From an uncultured Verrucomicrobiota bacterium (GTDB lineage: Bacteria; Verrucomicrobiota; Kiritimatiellia; RFP12; UBA1067): DNA of 64,000 nt. The first letter of the stretch is position 1. Each line of letters opens with the position of its first letter. The notes below the pieces were generated by a model that was not told where the DNA came from, did not search any database, and saw only the letters and a list, made by a program, of their open reading frames with translations. The stretch is taken from assembly GCA_946055075.1 (NCBI GenBank), contig CAMGEN010000003.1:13036-77035 (forward strand), in the 5' to 3' direction. The position numbers and the translations under genes are program-made. Below, one piece after another: positions 8,580 through 18,084 of this stretch.

Positions 8580-9221
8580 ATGAACGAAACCAAGCAATCC
8601 GCACCCTTGCCACTGCCGACGATCCGCCGGTTTCCAATCTATCTGAGATGCATCAGGGAGATGATCGCCGCCGGTGAACTGCACGTCTCCAGTGCCGTCG
8701 TGGCCGAGAGGCTGGGACTGGATCCGGTGCTGACGCGCAAGGACCTCGCGATGGCCGGGGTTCCCGGCAGACCGCGCCGCGGCTATCCCGCGCAGGAACT
8801 GCAGGACGCCATCAACCACGCCCTCGGCTGGGACGACACGACCGATGCCGTACTGGTCGGCGCGGGCTCGCTCGGCAACGCCCTTCTCGGCTATTCCGGC
8901 TTCGAGGAGCAGAACCTCTCCATCGCCGTGGCGTTCGATTCGAATCCAGGCATGTTCGGGCTCTCGCTCCACGGGGTGAAGGTCCGCCCGATGGAGGATC
9001 TTCCGCGTCTCGCCAAGCGCATGAACATCAAACTCGGCATCCTGACGGTGCCCAATTCCGCCGCCCAGTCGTGCGCAGACCAACTCATCGCCGCCGGCAT
9101 CCGCGGCATCTGGAACTTCACCTCGGTACAGCTCGACGTTCCGAAAGGCGTCGTCGTCCAGAACGTCGACCTCGCGCAGTCCCTCGCCGTCCTCTCGCAC
9201 TCGATCGCGACCGCGCCGTAG
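8580..9221 (+). CDS. rex: redox-sensing transcriptional repressor Rex
   Basis: Motifs IRRFPIYLRCI..., VSS, a VLVGAGSLGNAL Rossmann motif, and C-terminal GIRGIWNFT...VDL. ATG 8580 lies 9 nt after TATAAT (8565-8570). Confidence 0.9.
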   Translation: MNETKQSAPLPLPTIRRFPIYLRCIREMIAAGELHVSSAVVAERLGLDPVLTRKDLAMAGVPGRPRRGYPAQELQDAINHALGWDDTTDAVLVGAGSLGNALLGYSGFEEQNLSIAVAFDSNPGMFGLSLHGVKVRPMEDLPRLAKRMNIKLGILTVPNSAAQSCADQLIAAGIRGIWNFTSVQLDVPKGVVVQNVDLAQSLAVLSHSIATAP

Positions 9222-9417
9222 CCGGTCCGGGCGCCGCATCGGCGGAAGCGCGGAATCGATCCGACGGTGCATCAGTCCCCCCTCCCGCTCCGCAGCCACG
9301 CCTCGACCGCGAATCGAACGGCGCGTCGGAAGGCCGACACGCACCAGAAAACTACCATCCATGTTCTCACAAGTCCATATTATACCGAAAATCAGCCTAC
9401 CGCGACACGAGTTCTTT

Positions 9418-10701
9418 TCAGACCCGGGCCAGCGCCTGGTCGAGGTCGGCGATGATGTCGTCAATGTGCTCGATGCCGATGGAGAGGCGGATGAGCTCGG
9501 GCCTGAGTCCGGCGTCGATCTGCTCCCGTTCAGTTAGCTGGGAGTGGGTAGAAGACGCGGGATGGATCACGAGCGAACGCGCGTCGCCGACGTTGGCGAG
9601 CTGCGTGAAGAGCTTTAGTCCGTCCGCCACCTTGACGCCGGCCGTCGCACCGCCCTTGACGCCGAAGACGACCATTCCGCCCTGTCCGTTCGGCAGGTAC
9701 TTCGCCGCGAGTTCGTGGCTCGGATCTCCATCGAGACCTGGATAACGGACCCACGCCACCTTTTCGTGCGCCTGCAGGTAACGGGCGACGGCAAGCGCGT
9801 TCTCGCTGTGCCGCGCGATCCGGAGCGGCAGCGTCTCGACGCCCTGGAGGAAGATCCAGTTCGCGTCCGGCGAGAGCGTCGGACCCTGATTGCGGAGCCC
9901 GACCGTTCTGAGCCGCGTGATGAACGCGAGCTTGCCGATCGCCTCACCCCACCTGATGCCGTGGTAACCGGTGTCCGGATCGACGTAAAGGGGGTTGCCC
10001 TTCTGCGTCCAGTCGAAGTTTCCGCCGTCGATCACGACACCGCCGATCCCCGCGCCGTGTCCGCCGATCCACTTCGAGAGCGAATGGATGACGACATCCG
10101 CACCCCATCGGATCGGATGCTCGAGGATCGGAGTCGAGAACGTGGCGTCCACGACAAGCGGAATTCCGTGCCGATGCGCGACTTCCGCATACTTCTCGAT
10201 ATCGGCGACACCGAGCGTCGGATTGCCGATCGTCTCCACGTACACGAACCGCGTCATCTCGTCGACAGCCGCCTCGACGGCCGCGAAGTCGTTGAGATGC
10301 GTCCACTTCACACGGATGTTGTTCGACTGCGGCAGGATCGTGTTGAACTGCACGAACGTGCCGCCATAGACGTTATCGGCCGAAACGAAGTTCGAACCCG
10401 CCTCCGCGATGTTCGTGACCGTGAAGTAGATCGCCGCAGTACCCGATGCAAGCGTCAACGCCGCCGCACCGCCCTCCAGCGCCGCGAGACGCCGTTCGAG
10501 CACATCCTCCGTCGGATTCATCAGACGCGCGTAGATGTTGCCCGGCCTCTTCAACGCGAAGAGGTCGGCACCGTACTGCGCATTGTCGAAATTATAGGCC
10601 GTCGTCCGATAGACTGGCACGGCGCACGCATGCGTCGCGGGGTCGCCGTTCCATCCGGCATGAACCGCCAATGTCTCAGGATGTGTCTTCTTCTCGCTCA
10701 T
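9418..10701 (-). CDS. metY: O-acetylhomoserine/O-acetylserine sulfhydrylase (PLP-dependent)
   Basis: 427 aa. Cys/Met-metabolism PLP family, with HSLSKWIGGHG containing the PLP lysine. Confidence 0.85.
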   Translation of the reverse strand: MSEKKTHPETLAVHAGWNGDPATHACAVPVYRTTAYNFDNAQYGADLFALKRPGNIYARLMNPTEDVLERRLAALEGGAAALTLASGTAAIYFTVTNIAEAGSNFVSADNVYGGTFVQFNTILPQSNNIRVKWTHLNDFAAVEAAVDEMTRFVYVETIGNPTLGVADIEKYAEVAHRHGIPLVVDATFSTPILEHPIRWGADVVIHSLSKWIGGHGAGIGGVVIDGGNFDWTQKGNPLYVDPDTGYHGIRWGEAIGKLAFITRLRTVGLRNQGPTLSPDANWIFLQGVETLPLRIARHSENALAVARYLQAHEKVAWVRYPGLDGDPSHELAAKYLPNGQGGMVVFGVKGGATAGVKVADGLKLFTQLANVGDARSLVIHPASSTHSQLTEREQIDAGLRPELIRLSIGIEHIDDIIADLDQALARV

Positions 10702-10753
10702 GACGAATCCTCCTAACCGTTTAACTCCCTTCGGAACTTATCGCATTGTCGAA

Positions 10754-11674
10754 TTATTCAAACAGCCAAGTCGACAGATAACGCTCGCCTGTATCTGGCA
10801 ACAGCGCGACGATCGTCTTGCCGGCGTACTCCGGCCGCTTCGAGAGCTCGAGCGCCGCGTAAAGCGCCGCACCGGACGAGATGCCCACCAGCAGACCCTG
10901 CTGGGCCGCCGCAGCGCGGGCCGTCTTCCCGGCATTTTCCGCCGACACCGTCAACACCTCCGTGATCAGCGACCGGTCGAGGACCTGAGGAACGAAGCCC
11001 GCGCCGATGCCCTGGATCTTGTGCGGACCCGCCTTGCCCTGCGAGAGTACCGGACTCGTATCCGGCTCGACTGCATAGAGCGCGATGTCAGGCTTCTTCT
11101 CCCGCAGGAACCTTCCCGTTCCCGTCAGCGTGCCGCCCGTGCCGACACCGGCGACGAAAGCATCGACCTTTCCGTCCGTGTCCGCCCAGATCTCCGGACC
11201 CGTCGTGATGCGGTGATAGGCCGGGTTCGCCGGATTCTCGAACTGCTGCAGGATAACGCCGCCGCGCGTCTCGGCGATCTCCTTCGCCTTGACGATGGCG
11301 CCCTTCATGCCCTCAGATCCCGGCGTGAGCACGATCTCGGCGCCATAGGCCGCGGCAAGCTTACGTCGTTCGATACTCATCGTTTCCGGCATCGTGAGGA
11401 CGAGATGATACCCCTTCACCGCTGAAACCAGCGCAAGACCGACGCCCGTATTGCCGCTCGTCGGCTCGACCAGCGTCGCCCCCGGATTCAGCACGCCGCG
11501 CCTCTCGGCATCCTCGACCATCGCAAGCGCGACGCGGTCCTTCACGCTTCCGCCGGGATTGAAGAACTCGATCTTCGCGAGCACCTTCGCACCGCCCTTG
11601 TTCAACCTGTTGGAGATCTCAACGAGAGGCGTGCCTCCCACCTTCTCAAGAATCGTCTTATCAACCTTCGCCAT
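10754..11674 (-). CDS. cysK: cysteine synthase A (O-acetylserine sulfhydrylase)
   Basis: Motifs NPGGSVKDR and TSGNTG. ATG 11674 is one codon inside the GTG-started track ORF. Confidence 0.9.
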   Translation of the reverse strand: MAKVDKTILEKVGGTPLVEISNRLNKGGAKVLAKIEFFNPGGSVKDRVALAMVEDAERRGVLNPGATLVEPTSGNTGVGLALVSAVKGYHLVLTMPETMSIERRKLAAAYGAEIVLTPGSEGMKGAIVKAKEIAETRGGVILQQFENPANPAYHRITTGPEIWADTDGKVDAFVAGVGTGGTLTGTGRFLREKKPDIALYAVEPDTSPVLSQGKAGPHKIQGIGAGFVPQVLDRSLITEVLTVSAENAGKTARAAAAQQGLLVGISSGAALYAALELSKRPEYAGKTIVALLPDTGERYLSTWLFE

Positions 11675-11728
11675 CACGAACCTCGCTTTCTCAATTTATA
11701 CACTACCATGCCGGTAGTAATGACGCGT

Positions 11729-11758
11729 ATTATAGCAAACCGACGTCTTCTATGTCAA
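11729..11758 (-). promoter_or_regulatory. candidate cysK promoter TTGACA-18-TATAAT
   Basis: Minus strand reads TTGACAtagaagacgtcggtttgcTATAAT. Confidence 0.65.
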
Positions 11759-11974
11759 CCGCCAAAGTAGAAAAAGACAAGGACGCAGAAACCACCCCGC
11801 GGGGCATTACGCGGAGGCACGGACGGACTTGTCGCCCGCGTTCACCGCTTCGACGTGTAATAGTCGAGTCGTATCTCGGCCCGGCCGTTCGTATAGCTGG
11901 TCACGCGCTGAACGGCGTAGCCGACGGATAACCGAAGCGAATTCGGAACACCGCGTCTTCCGCATTCGCCGGCA

Positions 11975-12460
11975 TCAGATGCAAAAGTCCAGCGCCTGCG
12001 CCGCCTTCGGATCTCGCTTCAGAATGGAGGAAACGGTGATCTTGGCCAGCGTCGAGGCGAAGGACCGATTGACGTCTCTCCACACCCGTCGGGCGATGCA
12101 GGTCTTGAGCCGCGGGCATTCCGCACCCGACGCCAGGCAGTCCAGAACCGCCAACTGCCCCTGCATCGTCTCGACGATCTCCAGCAGCGTGATATCCTCG
12201 GCGCTCTTCGCCAGTCGGAAACCGCCGACGTTGCCTCGGACAGACCGGACGATACCGTGCTCACGGAGCGGAATGACGATCCGGGAAAGGAACTTCACGG
12301 AGATGTTCTGCGCCGCGGCGATGGCCGCGCCCGTGCGGGGTTTTGCATCCCCCGCGTGCGCCGCCACATCCAGCACGAACCGAAGCGCGTACCGGGCCTT
12401 TGCCGAAATCTTCAGCGCCTTCTGCGAACATGCCGCACTCGACTCAACCGCTCTCTTCAT
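11975..12460 (-). CDS. Rrf2-family transcriptional regulator (CymR/IscR-like)
   Basis: Only the last 161 aa of track ORF 11975..13486 are Rrf2-like (LKISAKARYALRFVLDVA..., CLASGAECPRLKTC). ATG 12460 is preceded by GGGGGTGAA and by TGGTATAAT. Confidence 0.8.
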   Translation of the reverse strand: MKRAVESSAACSQKALKISAKARYALRFVLDVAAHAGDAKPRTGAAIAAAQNISVKFLSRIVIPLREHGIVRSVRGNVGGFRLAKSAEDITLLEIVETMQGQLAVLDCLASGAECPRLKTCIARRVWRDVNRSFASTLAKITVSSILKRDPKAAQALDFCI

Positions 12461-12502
12461 TTCACCCCCGTCATTCTGCCGATGATTATACCATATTCGG
12501 TC

Positions 12503-14761
12503 ATGTCGAAACGGCACGGTGATTTTTTTGATATAATCGGCAGAGCGTCGGACGACGACAGAACAGGAGGTTTTTTGAGAGGCAGCGAACCAGAACGCCG
12601 CGGAGGATACGATTTCGGCACCTTCCAGGGGGTCTTCACCCCCAGCATCCTCACCATCATCGGCGTGGTCATGTACCTGCGCTTCGGATGGGTGCTCGGA
12701 AACGTCGGCATAGCCGGCTCGCTCGCCCTGGTGGCAATCGGCAGCGGCATCACCTTCCTGACGGGGCTTTCGATCTCGACCCTCGCCACCAACATGCGGA
12801 TGAAAGGCGGCGGCGCGTACTTCATGCTGTCCCGCTCGCTCGGACTCGAATCTGGGGCCGCGCTCGGCATCCCCCTCGCGCTCTCCCAAGCCATCGGCGT
12901 CTCGTTCTACATCGCTGGCTTCGCCGAGGCGCTGACGCAGTCCGGCCTGCCCTTCGTCTCCGGACTCGACGTGCGCGCGGTCGGGCTCGTGACACTGTCC
13001 GTCCTCGCCCTGGTCTCGACCCTCTCGGCCGACATCGCCCTCAAATCCCAGTACTTCATCATGGCGGCGATCGGCATCTCGCTCGTCTCGTTCTTCGCCG
13101 GTTCCGCCCCGCTGCCGCCCGCCGACCCAGTCGCCGCGCCGGAGCCGCTCGGCTTCTGGCCGGTGTTCGCGGTCTTCTTCCCAGCCGTCACCGGCATCCT
13201 CTCCGGACTCGGCATGTCCGGCGATCTCAGGAACCCCGGCCGCTCCATCCCCCTCGGCACCATCGCCGCGGTGCTGACGGGTTACGTCGTCTACACGGCC
13301 GTGCCGATGGTCATGAACACGTTCGTTACGGATTCCGCCTGGCTTAGGACGGACACGATGATCATGCTGAAATGCTCCCGCTGGCCGCTGCTCGTGCTCG
13401 TCGGCGTCTGGGCCGCGACGCTGTCCAGCGCCGTCGGAAGCTTCCTCTGCGCCCCGAGGGTGCTCCAGGCCCTCGCGAGGGACCACATCCTGCCGGGCTT
13501 CCTCGGACGCGGATTCGGGGTCACCGACGATCCCCGCGTATCCTCGGCGCTCTGCTTCGGCGTCGCCGCCGCGGGAATCGCCCTCGGCGACATCAACGCG
13601 ATCGCACCGATCCTCACGATGTTCAACCTCTCGACCTATGCGTTGTTAAACTTCGCAGCCGCCGCCGAATCGCTGCTTGCCAACCCCTTCTGGCGTCCCA
13701 CCTTCCGGGTCCCGGCGCTGTTCCCGACGATCGGATTCGCCGGCTGTCTCGGCGCGATGTTCATGATCAGTCCCGGCTGGTCCATGATCGCCCTCGGCTG
13801 CGAGGCCGGCATCTACATACTGGTGAAACGGCGTCAGCTTAGGACGCAGTTTGGCGACGTGCGCACCGGACTGCTCGCCGCGCTCGTGCGCTTCGCCCTC
13901 CGCCGGCTCGCCGCCGACCGCCACGCCGAACGCAACTGGCGTCCGAACCTCCTCGTGTTCTCCCGGCTGCCGATCCACAACCTCCGCATGCTCATGCTCG
14001 CCCGCGGCATCTCCGGCGGACGCAGTTTCGTGACCCTGACGAGCATAGTCAAGGACAAGGGCGCCTCCTTCGACCGGAAGGCGCTGCAGGATGCGGTGTC
14101 GCGCACCGGCGACGGCATCAGTCTCGAGCTGATGCCGAGGATCCACGTCGCGGACGACATCTGGAGCGGCATCACGGAAACCATCCGGTACTACGGCTTC
14201 GGTCCCGTTGCCCCCAACACAGTCCTCTTCGGACTCCCCGAGCCGGAACACCTGACCGATCTCGCGGGGGCGATCAGGACGGCATCGGCGGAGAAGCGCA
14301 ACGTGCTGCTCGTCAAATCGGCGGAACCGGCGTTACCCGACGGACACCTCGACATCTGGTGGCGCGGCGGCGGCGACAACGGCGCGCTGATGCTGTCCCT
14401 CGCCGTACTTCTGCGCCGTGACGGCACCTGGAGCCGTCTGACCCCTCGCGTCAACATGCTGATCCACAACCGCACCTCCGCCGAAGCCGAGCAACAGCTT
14501 TCGGAATTCCTGGTCCGCGCCCGCATAACTTCGAAAACCCGTATTCTCGACACGGAAGCGCAACCCTTCACGCAGGTGCTGTCCAAGGCCTCGTCGGATG
14601 CTGGGTTGTCGCTAATCGGACTCCGCGCGCCCCAAAACGACGAAACCGACGCGGCTTACGCCGAATACCTCGGACACCTCGTATCCGAACTCTCGGAGGT
14701 GCCGTCCCCGGTCTTCGTGCTCGCCGCGAGCGGACAGGAGCTGATCAGGATCTTCTCCTGA
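12503..14761 (+). CDS. APC-superfamily transporter with large cytoplasmic C-terminal domain (cation-chloride cotransporter/SLC12-like)
   Basis: GTFQGVFTPSILTIIGVVMYLRFGWVLG is followed by about 12 hydrophobic segments and a ~300-aa soluble tail. Start chosen at MSKRHG. Confidence 0.75.
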   Translation: MSKRHGDFFDIIGRASDDDRTGGFLRGSEPERRGGYDFGTFQGVFTPSILTIIGVVMYLRFGWVLGNVGIAGSLALVAIGSGITFLTGLSISTLATNMRMKGGGAYFMLSRSLGLESGAALGIPLALSQAIGVSFYIAGFAEALTQSGLPFVSGLDVRAVGLVTLSVLALVSTLSADIALKSQYFIMAAIGISLVSFFAGSAPLPPADPVAAPEPLGFWPVFAVFFPAVTGILSGLGMSGDLRNPGRSIPLGTIAAVLTGYVVYTAVPMVMNTFVTDSAWLRTDTMIMLKCSRWPLLVLVGVWAATLSSAVGSFLCAPRVLQALARDHILPGFLGRGFGVTDDPRVSSALCFGVAAAGIALGDINAIAPILTMFNLSTYALLNFAAAAESLLANPFWRPTFRVPALFPTIGFAGCLGAMFMISPGWSMIALGCEAGIYILVKRRQLRTQFGDVRTGLLAALVRFALRRLAADRHAERNWRPNLLVFSRLPIHNLRMLMLARGISGGRSFVTLTSIVKDKGASFDRKALQDAVSRTGDGISLELMPRIHVADDIWSGITETIRYYGFGPVAPNTVLFGLPEPEHLTDLAGAIRTASAEKRNVLLVKSAEPALPDGHLDIWWRGGGDNGALMLSLAVLLRRDGTWSRLTPRVNMLIHNRTSAEAEQQLSEFLVRARITSKTRILDTEAQPFTQVLSKASSDAGLSLIGLRAPQNDETDAAYAEYLGHLVSELSEVPSPVFVLAASGQELIRIFS

Positions 14762-14764
14762 CCG

Positions 14765-16300
14765 TCACTCCCACTCGATCGTGGCCGGCGGCTTCGAGGA
14801 GATGTCGTAGACCACGCGGTTGATGCCGCGAACCTCGTTGATGATGCGGTTCGACATCGTCGCCAGCGTCTCGTAGGGCAGATGCGTCCAGTCCGCCGTC
14901 ATCGCGTCGATGGAGTTGACCGAACGGATCGCGCAGGTGTACTCGTAAGTGCGCTGATCGCCCATCACGCCGACGGACTTCACCGGAAGCAGCACCGCGA
15001 AGGTCTGCCAGATGGTCTTGTAGTCGGGAAGCTTCTTCACCTCTTCCTGCACACGCAGATCGGCCTGCTGCAGGAGCTTCACCTTCTCTTCGGTGACCTC
15101 GCCGAGGATACGCACGCCGAGGCCCGGACCCGGGAACGGCTGGCGGTCCAGCAGCTCGTCGGCCATGCCGAGCACGCGTCCGACGGCACGCACCTCGTCC
15201 TTGAAGAGGTCACGAAGGGGCTCGCACAGCTCGAACTTGAGGTCCGGAGGCAGTCCGCCAACGTTATGATGCGACTTGATCGTCTGAGACGGACCCTTCA
15301 CCGCATGCGAGCTTTCGATGACGTCGGGATAGATCGTGCCCTGCCCGAGGAACCGGCAGTGCTTGAAGCGCCGCGCCTCGTCCGCGAAGACGTCGATGAA
15401 CGTCTTGCCGATCGCCTTGCGCTTGGCCTCGGGCTCGGAAAGCCCCTTGAGCGCCGCATAGAACCGGTCGGCGGCGCGGGCGACAGTCAAGTCCAGCCCC
15501 AGGTTCTTGCCGAACATCTCCTCGACCTGCTCGGCCTCGCGATAACGGAGCAACCCGTTATCCACGAAAATGCAGTGCAGCCGCCGTCCGATCGCCTTGT
15601 TGAGGAGAACCGCCGCGACCGAGCTGTCGACGCCACCGGACAGTCCAAGGACGACCTCGTCATCGCCCACCTGCGCCTTCAGCTTCGCGACCGTATCTTC
15701 GATCCAGGTTGTCAACTGCCAATCGGCGGCGGAGCCGCAGACTAGGAAGACGAAATTCGCGAGGATCTGGGTACCGTGTTCGGTATGGACCACTTCGGGA
15801 TGGAACTGGATGCCGAAGAAATGCTTCCCCTCATGGCGGACCGCAGCATAGGGGCAGTTGGCGGAAGTGGCGGACACCTTGAAGCCCTCGGGAATCGCCG
15901 CCACGCGGTCGCCGTGGCTCATCCAGACGACAAATTTATCCGGCAGACCCTTGAACAGCACATTGCCAGGCTCGACCGTCATCTCGGTTTTACCATACTC
16001 ACGCCGTTCGCCGGGCTGAACCCTTCCGCCGAGCTCCTGACTCATGAGCTGCATGCCGTAGCAGACACCGAGCACGGGGATGCCGAGGTCGAAGATGCCG
16101 TGGTCGATGCCGGGAGCACCGTCTTCGAAAACGCTGTTAGGTCCGCCAGAAAGGATAATGCCCTTGGGCCCCAACTCACGGACCTTCTCAGCCGTGATGG
16201 TGTAAGGAACGATTTCGGAATAGACGTGAAGCTCGCGGACACGACGGGCGATGAGCTGCGTATACTGCGAACCGTAATCAAGTATGATGATTCTATCCAT
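14765..16300 (-). CDS. guaA: GMP synthase (glutamine-hydrolysing)
   Basis: 511 aa with a GATase domain (GVCYGMQ), an ATP-PPase SGGVDSS motif and a C-terminal ...PPATIEWE. Confidence 0.95.
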   Translation of the reverse strand: MDRIIILDYGSQYTQLIARRVRELHVYSEIVPYTITAEKVRELGPKGIILSGGPNSVFEDGAPGIDHGIFDLGIPVLGVCYGMQLMSQELGGRVQPGERREYGKTEMTVEPGNVLFKGLPDKFVVWMSHGDRVAAIPEGFKVSATSANCPYAAVRHEGKHFFGIQFHPEVVHTEHGTQILANFVFLVCGSAADWQLTTWIEDTVAKLKAQVGDDEVVLGLSGGVDSSVAAVLLNKAIGRRLHCIFVDNGLLRYREAEQVEEMFGKNLGLDLTVARAADRFYAALKGLSEPEAKRKAIGKTFIDVFADEARRFKHCRFLGQGTIYPDVIESSHAVKGPSQTIKSHHNVGGLPPDLKFELCEPLRDLFKDEVRAVGRVLGMADELLDRQPFPGPGLGVRILGEVTEEKVKLLQQADLRVQEEVKKLPDYKTIWQTFAVLLPVKSVGVMGDQRTYEYTCAIRSVNSIDAMTADWTHLPYETLATMSNRIINEVRGINRVVYDISSKPPATIEWE

Positions 16301-16316
16301 GAGCCTTGTTCTCAGA

Positions 16317-17840
16317 TTAAACGATCCCAGCCTTCTTCATCTTGTAGCACATCATGCGCGGAGAGATGCCGAGCTCGCGCCCCGCGGCGCTCTGGTTGCC
16401 GCCGTGACGCCTGAGGGCATCCTCCAGCAGACGGCGCTCATACGCGGCAACCCTGTCGGCCATCGTCAGCGACTCACCATCAGCGTTGTCGAACTGACTT
16501 TCAAACACTCCCCCTGCTGCCTGCAGTGCAGGCGGCAGATTATAACCGTGAATACAGTCGTCTTTGGCAGTCAGCACCGAACGCTCGATGCAGTTTTCAA
16601 GCTCACGAACATTCCCAGGCCAGGAATAGGCCTGCAGCATAGTGATGGCCGGCACCGAGAAGCGCGTCACATTCTTGCCGTATTTAAGCCGCATCTTCGA
16701 AAGAAAATGCTGCGCGAGCAACAAGATATCGTCGGGGCGATCAGCGAGATCTGGCAGCACGATTGGGAAGACCGAAAGTCGATAGTAGAGATCCTCCCTA
16801 AAAAGCTTCTTCGCCATCAGATCCTCGAGATTACGGCTCGTAGCGGCAATAAACCGAACATTGCTCGTAAGCTCCGCATTCGATCCCACCCTACTGAAGG
16901 TACGCTCCTGAATGAAGCGAAGCAGCTTGACCTGCACGGGTATCGAAAGATCTCCGATCTCGTCAAGGAAAAGCGTCCCTCCGTCAGCCGCCTCGGCGCG
17001 ACCGATGCGCCGCTCGCGCGCGTCGGTGAACGCGCCCTTCTCATGACCGAAAAGCTCCGACTCGACGAGCGACTCCGGAAGCGCCGCGCAGTTGAGCACC
17101 ACGAACGGCTTGTCCTTGCGCGAGGAAAGCGCCTGAATCGCCTTCGCAACCAACTCCTTACCCGTCCCGCTCGAACCGCGAATCAGTACCGTCGCCTCGC
17201 TCGGGGCAACCTGACGGATCTGCTCGTAGACCGCCCGCATCTCCGGCGCATTGCCGACGATCCGCCCTAGATTCTCCGAAAGCATATTGCGAAGCCGCGC
17301 GTTCTCGTCGCGGAGGGCCTCCTGCTCCACCCCCTGCTCGCGACAGACCGAAGCCGCCTCCGCGCAGAGGTTGGCGATAATCTCCAGAAGCGCTACGTCA
17401 CGACCGAGTTCACTCGTCTCGCCGGTCATGATCCGGTCGACGGAAAGGGTACCGATCACCTGCCCAGCATGTCTGAGCGGCACACACACGAACGACAACG
17501 GCTCGTTGACCTTCCTCGCCCTGGTGCGGTTCAGGAAACGGCGGTCTTTGCGCACGTCCACAACAACCTCGGAACGGCCGGTCTTGGCGACGAGCCCGGT
17601 GATGCCCTCGCCGATATGGTACCTGCCGAGCGCACGCTCTTCGGAATTCAATCCGCGGGAGGAGGCCGCAATCCGCAGCTCGTCTCCATCAAGAAGCGTG
17701 AATGTGCCCCGCAACATGCCCATGGTCCGCTCTAGGATCTGAATCACTTCCTCGAGCAACTTATGGACATTCCGTTCTCGGGCAACCGCCGAAGCGATTT
17801 CCCGCAGCACGACGATCTCCGAAGACAGTGCTACTTTCAT
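16317..17840 (-). CDS. sigma54-dependent transcriptional activator (GAF sensor, AAA+ domain, Fis-type HTH)
   Basis: Motifs GSSGTGKE (Walker A), GAFTDA (a GAFTGA variant) and a C-terminal HTH. Start set to MKVALSS (17840). The upstream 23 codons of the track ORF are AT-rich promoter DNA. Confidence 0.85.
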   Translation of the reverse strand: MKVALSSEIVVLREIASAVARERNVHKLLEEVIQILERTMGMLRGTFTLLDGDELRIAASSRGLNSEERALGRYHIGEGITGLVAKTGRSEVVVDVRKDRRFLNRTRARKVNEPLSFVCVPLRHAGQVIGTLSVDRIMTGETSELGRDVALLEIIANLCAEAASVCREQGVEQEALRDENARLRNMLSENLGRIVGNAPEMRAVYEQIRQVAPSEATVLIRGSSGTGKELVAKAIQALSSRKDKPFVVLNCAALPESLVESELFGHEKGAFTDARERRIGRAEAADGGTLFLDEIGDLSIPVQVKLLRFIQERTFSRVGSNAELTSNVRFIAATSRNLEDLMAKKLFREDLYYRLSVFPIVLPDLADRPDDILLLAQHFLSKMRLKYGKNVTRFSVPAITMLQAYSWPGNVRELENCIERSVLTAKDDCIHGYNLPPALQAAGGVFESQFDNADGESLTMADRVAAYERRLLEDALRRHGGNQSAAGRELGISPRMMCYKMKKAGIV

Positions 17841-17849
17841 CAAAGCAAT

Positions 17850-17870
17850 ATTATAGCAAAAATCATGCCA
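17850..17870 (-). promoter_or_regulatory. TGGCATGATTTTTGCTATAAT promoter of the sigma54-activator gene
   Basis: Contains both a -24/-12-like TGGCAT-N5-TTGCT and an extended -10 TGCTATAAT. The ATG is 9 nt downstream. Confidence 0.5.
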
Positions 17871-17962
17871 TTCATTCCGCAAAGAACCGACATTCAAAAT
17901 TCCATTCATATCAGCAGATATTTCATTACATTTTCTGTAACATCAACCCACTATGCTTTACA

Positions 17963-17974
17963 CTTTACGTAAAG
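17963..17974. promoter_or_regulatory. perfect palindrome CTTTACGTAAAG (candidate activator binding site)
   Basis: Lies between the two divergent promoters, about 45 nt upstream of the gdhA TGGCAT. Confidence 0.35.
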
Positions 17975-18017
17975 AACTGCGGACAATTTCAGTTTTTCGA
18001 CTATTATTTGCCACCTT

Positions 18018-18038
18018 TGGCATGTCTTTTGCTATAAT
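18018..18038 (+). promoter_or_regulatory. TGGCATGTCTTTTGCTATAAT promoter of gdhA
   Basis: GG and GC are spaced exactly as in the sigma54 consensus TGGCAC-N5-TTGCW. It also overlaps an extended -10 TGCTATAAT. Confidence 0.5.
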
Positions 18039-18084
18039 ATCAACAATACGAGACACCAATAACAACAAATAACGAAAAACAATT

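Noticed and set aside
9375-9392. Promoter-like ATTTTCGGTATAATATGG on the minus strand, downstream of metY and pointing antisense into rex
   Set aside because: It resembles the rex promoter (TTTTTGGTATAATATG). However, it lacks the TG of the extended -10 and any -35, and the downstream ORF (8532..9464) is an Arg-rich shadow frame. It may still drive an antisense RNA, but the support is too weak to call.
11975-13486. Full 503-aa minus-strand ORF
   Set aside because: Only the last 161 aa are an Rrf2 regulator. The upstream 340 aa are the antisense frame of the SLC12-like transporter.
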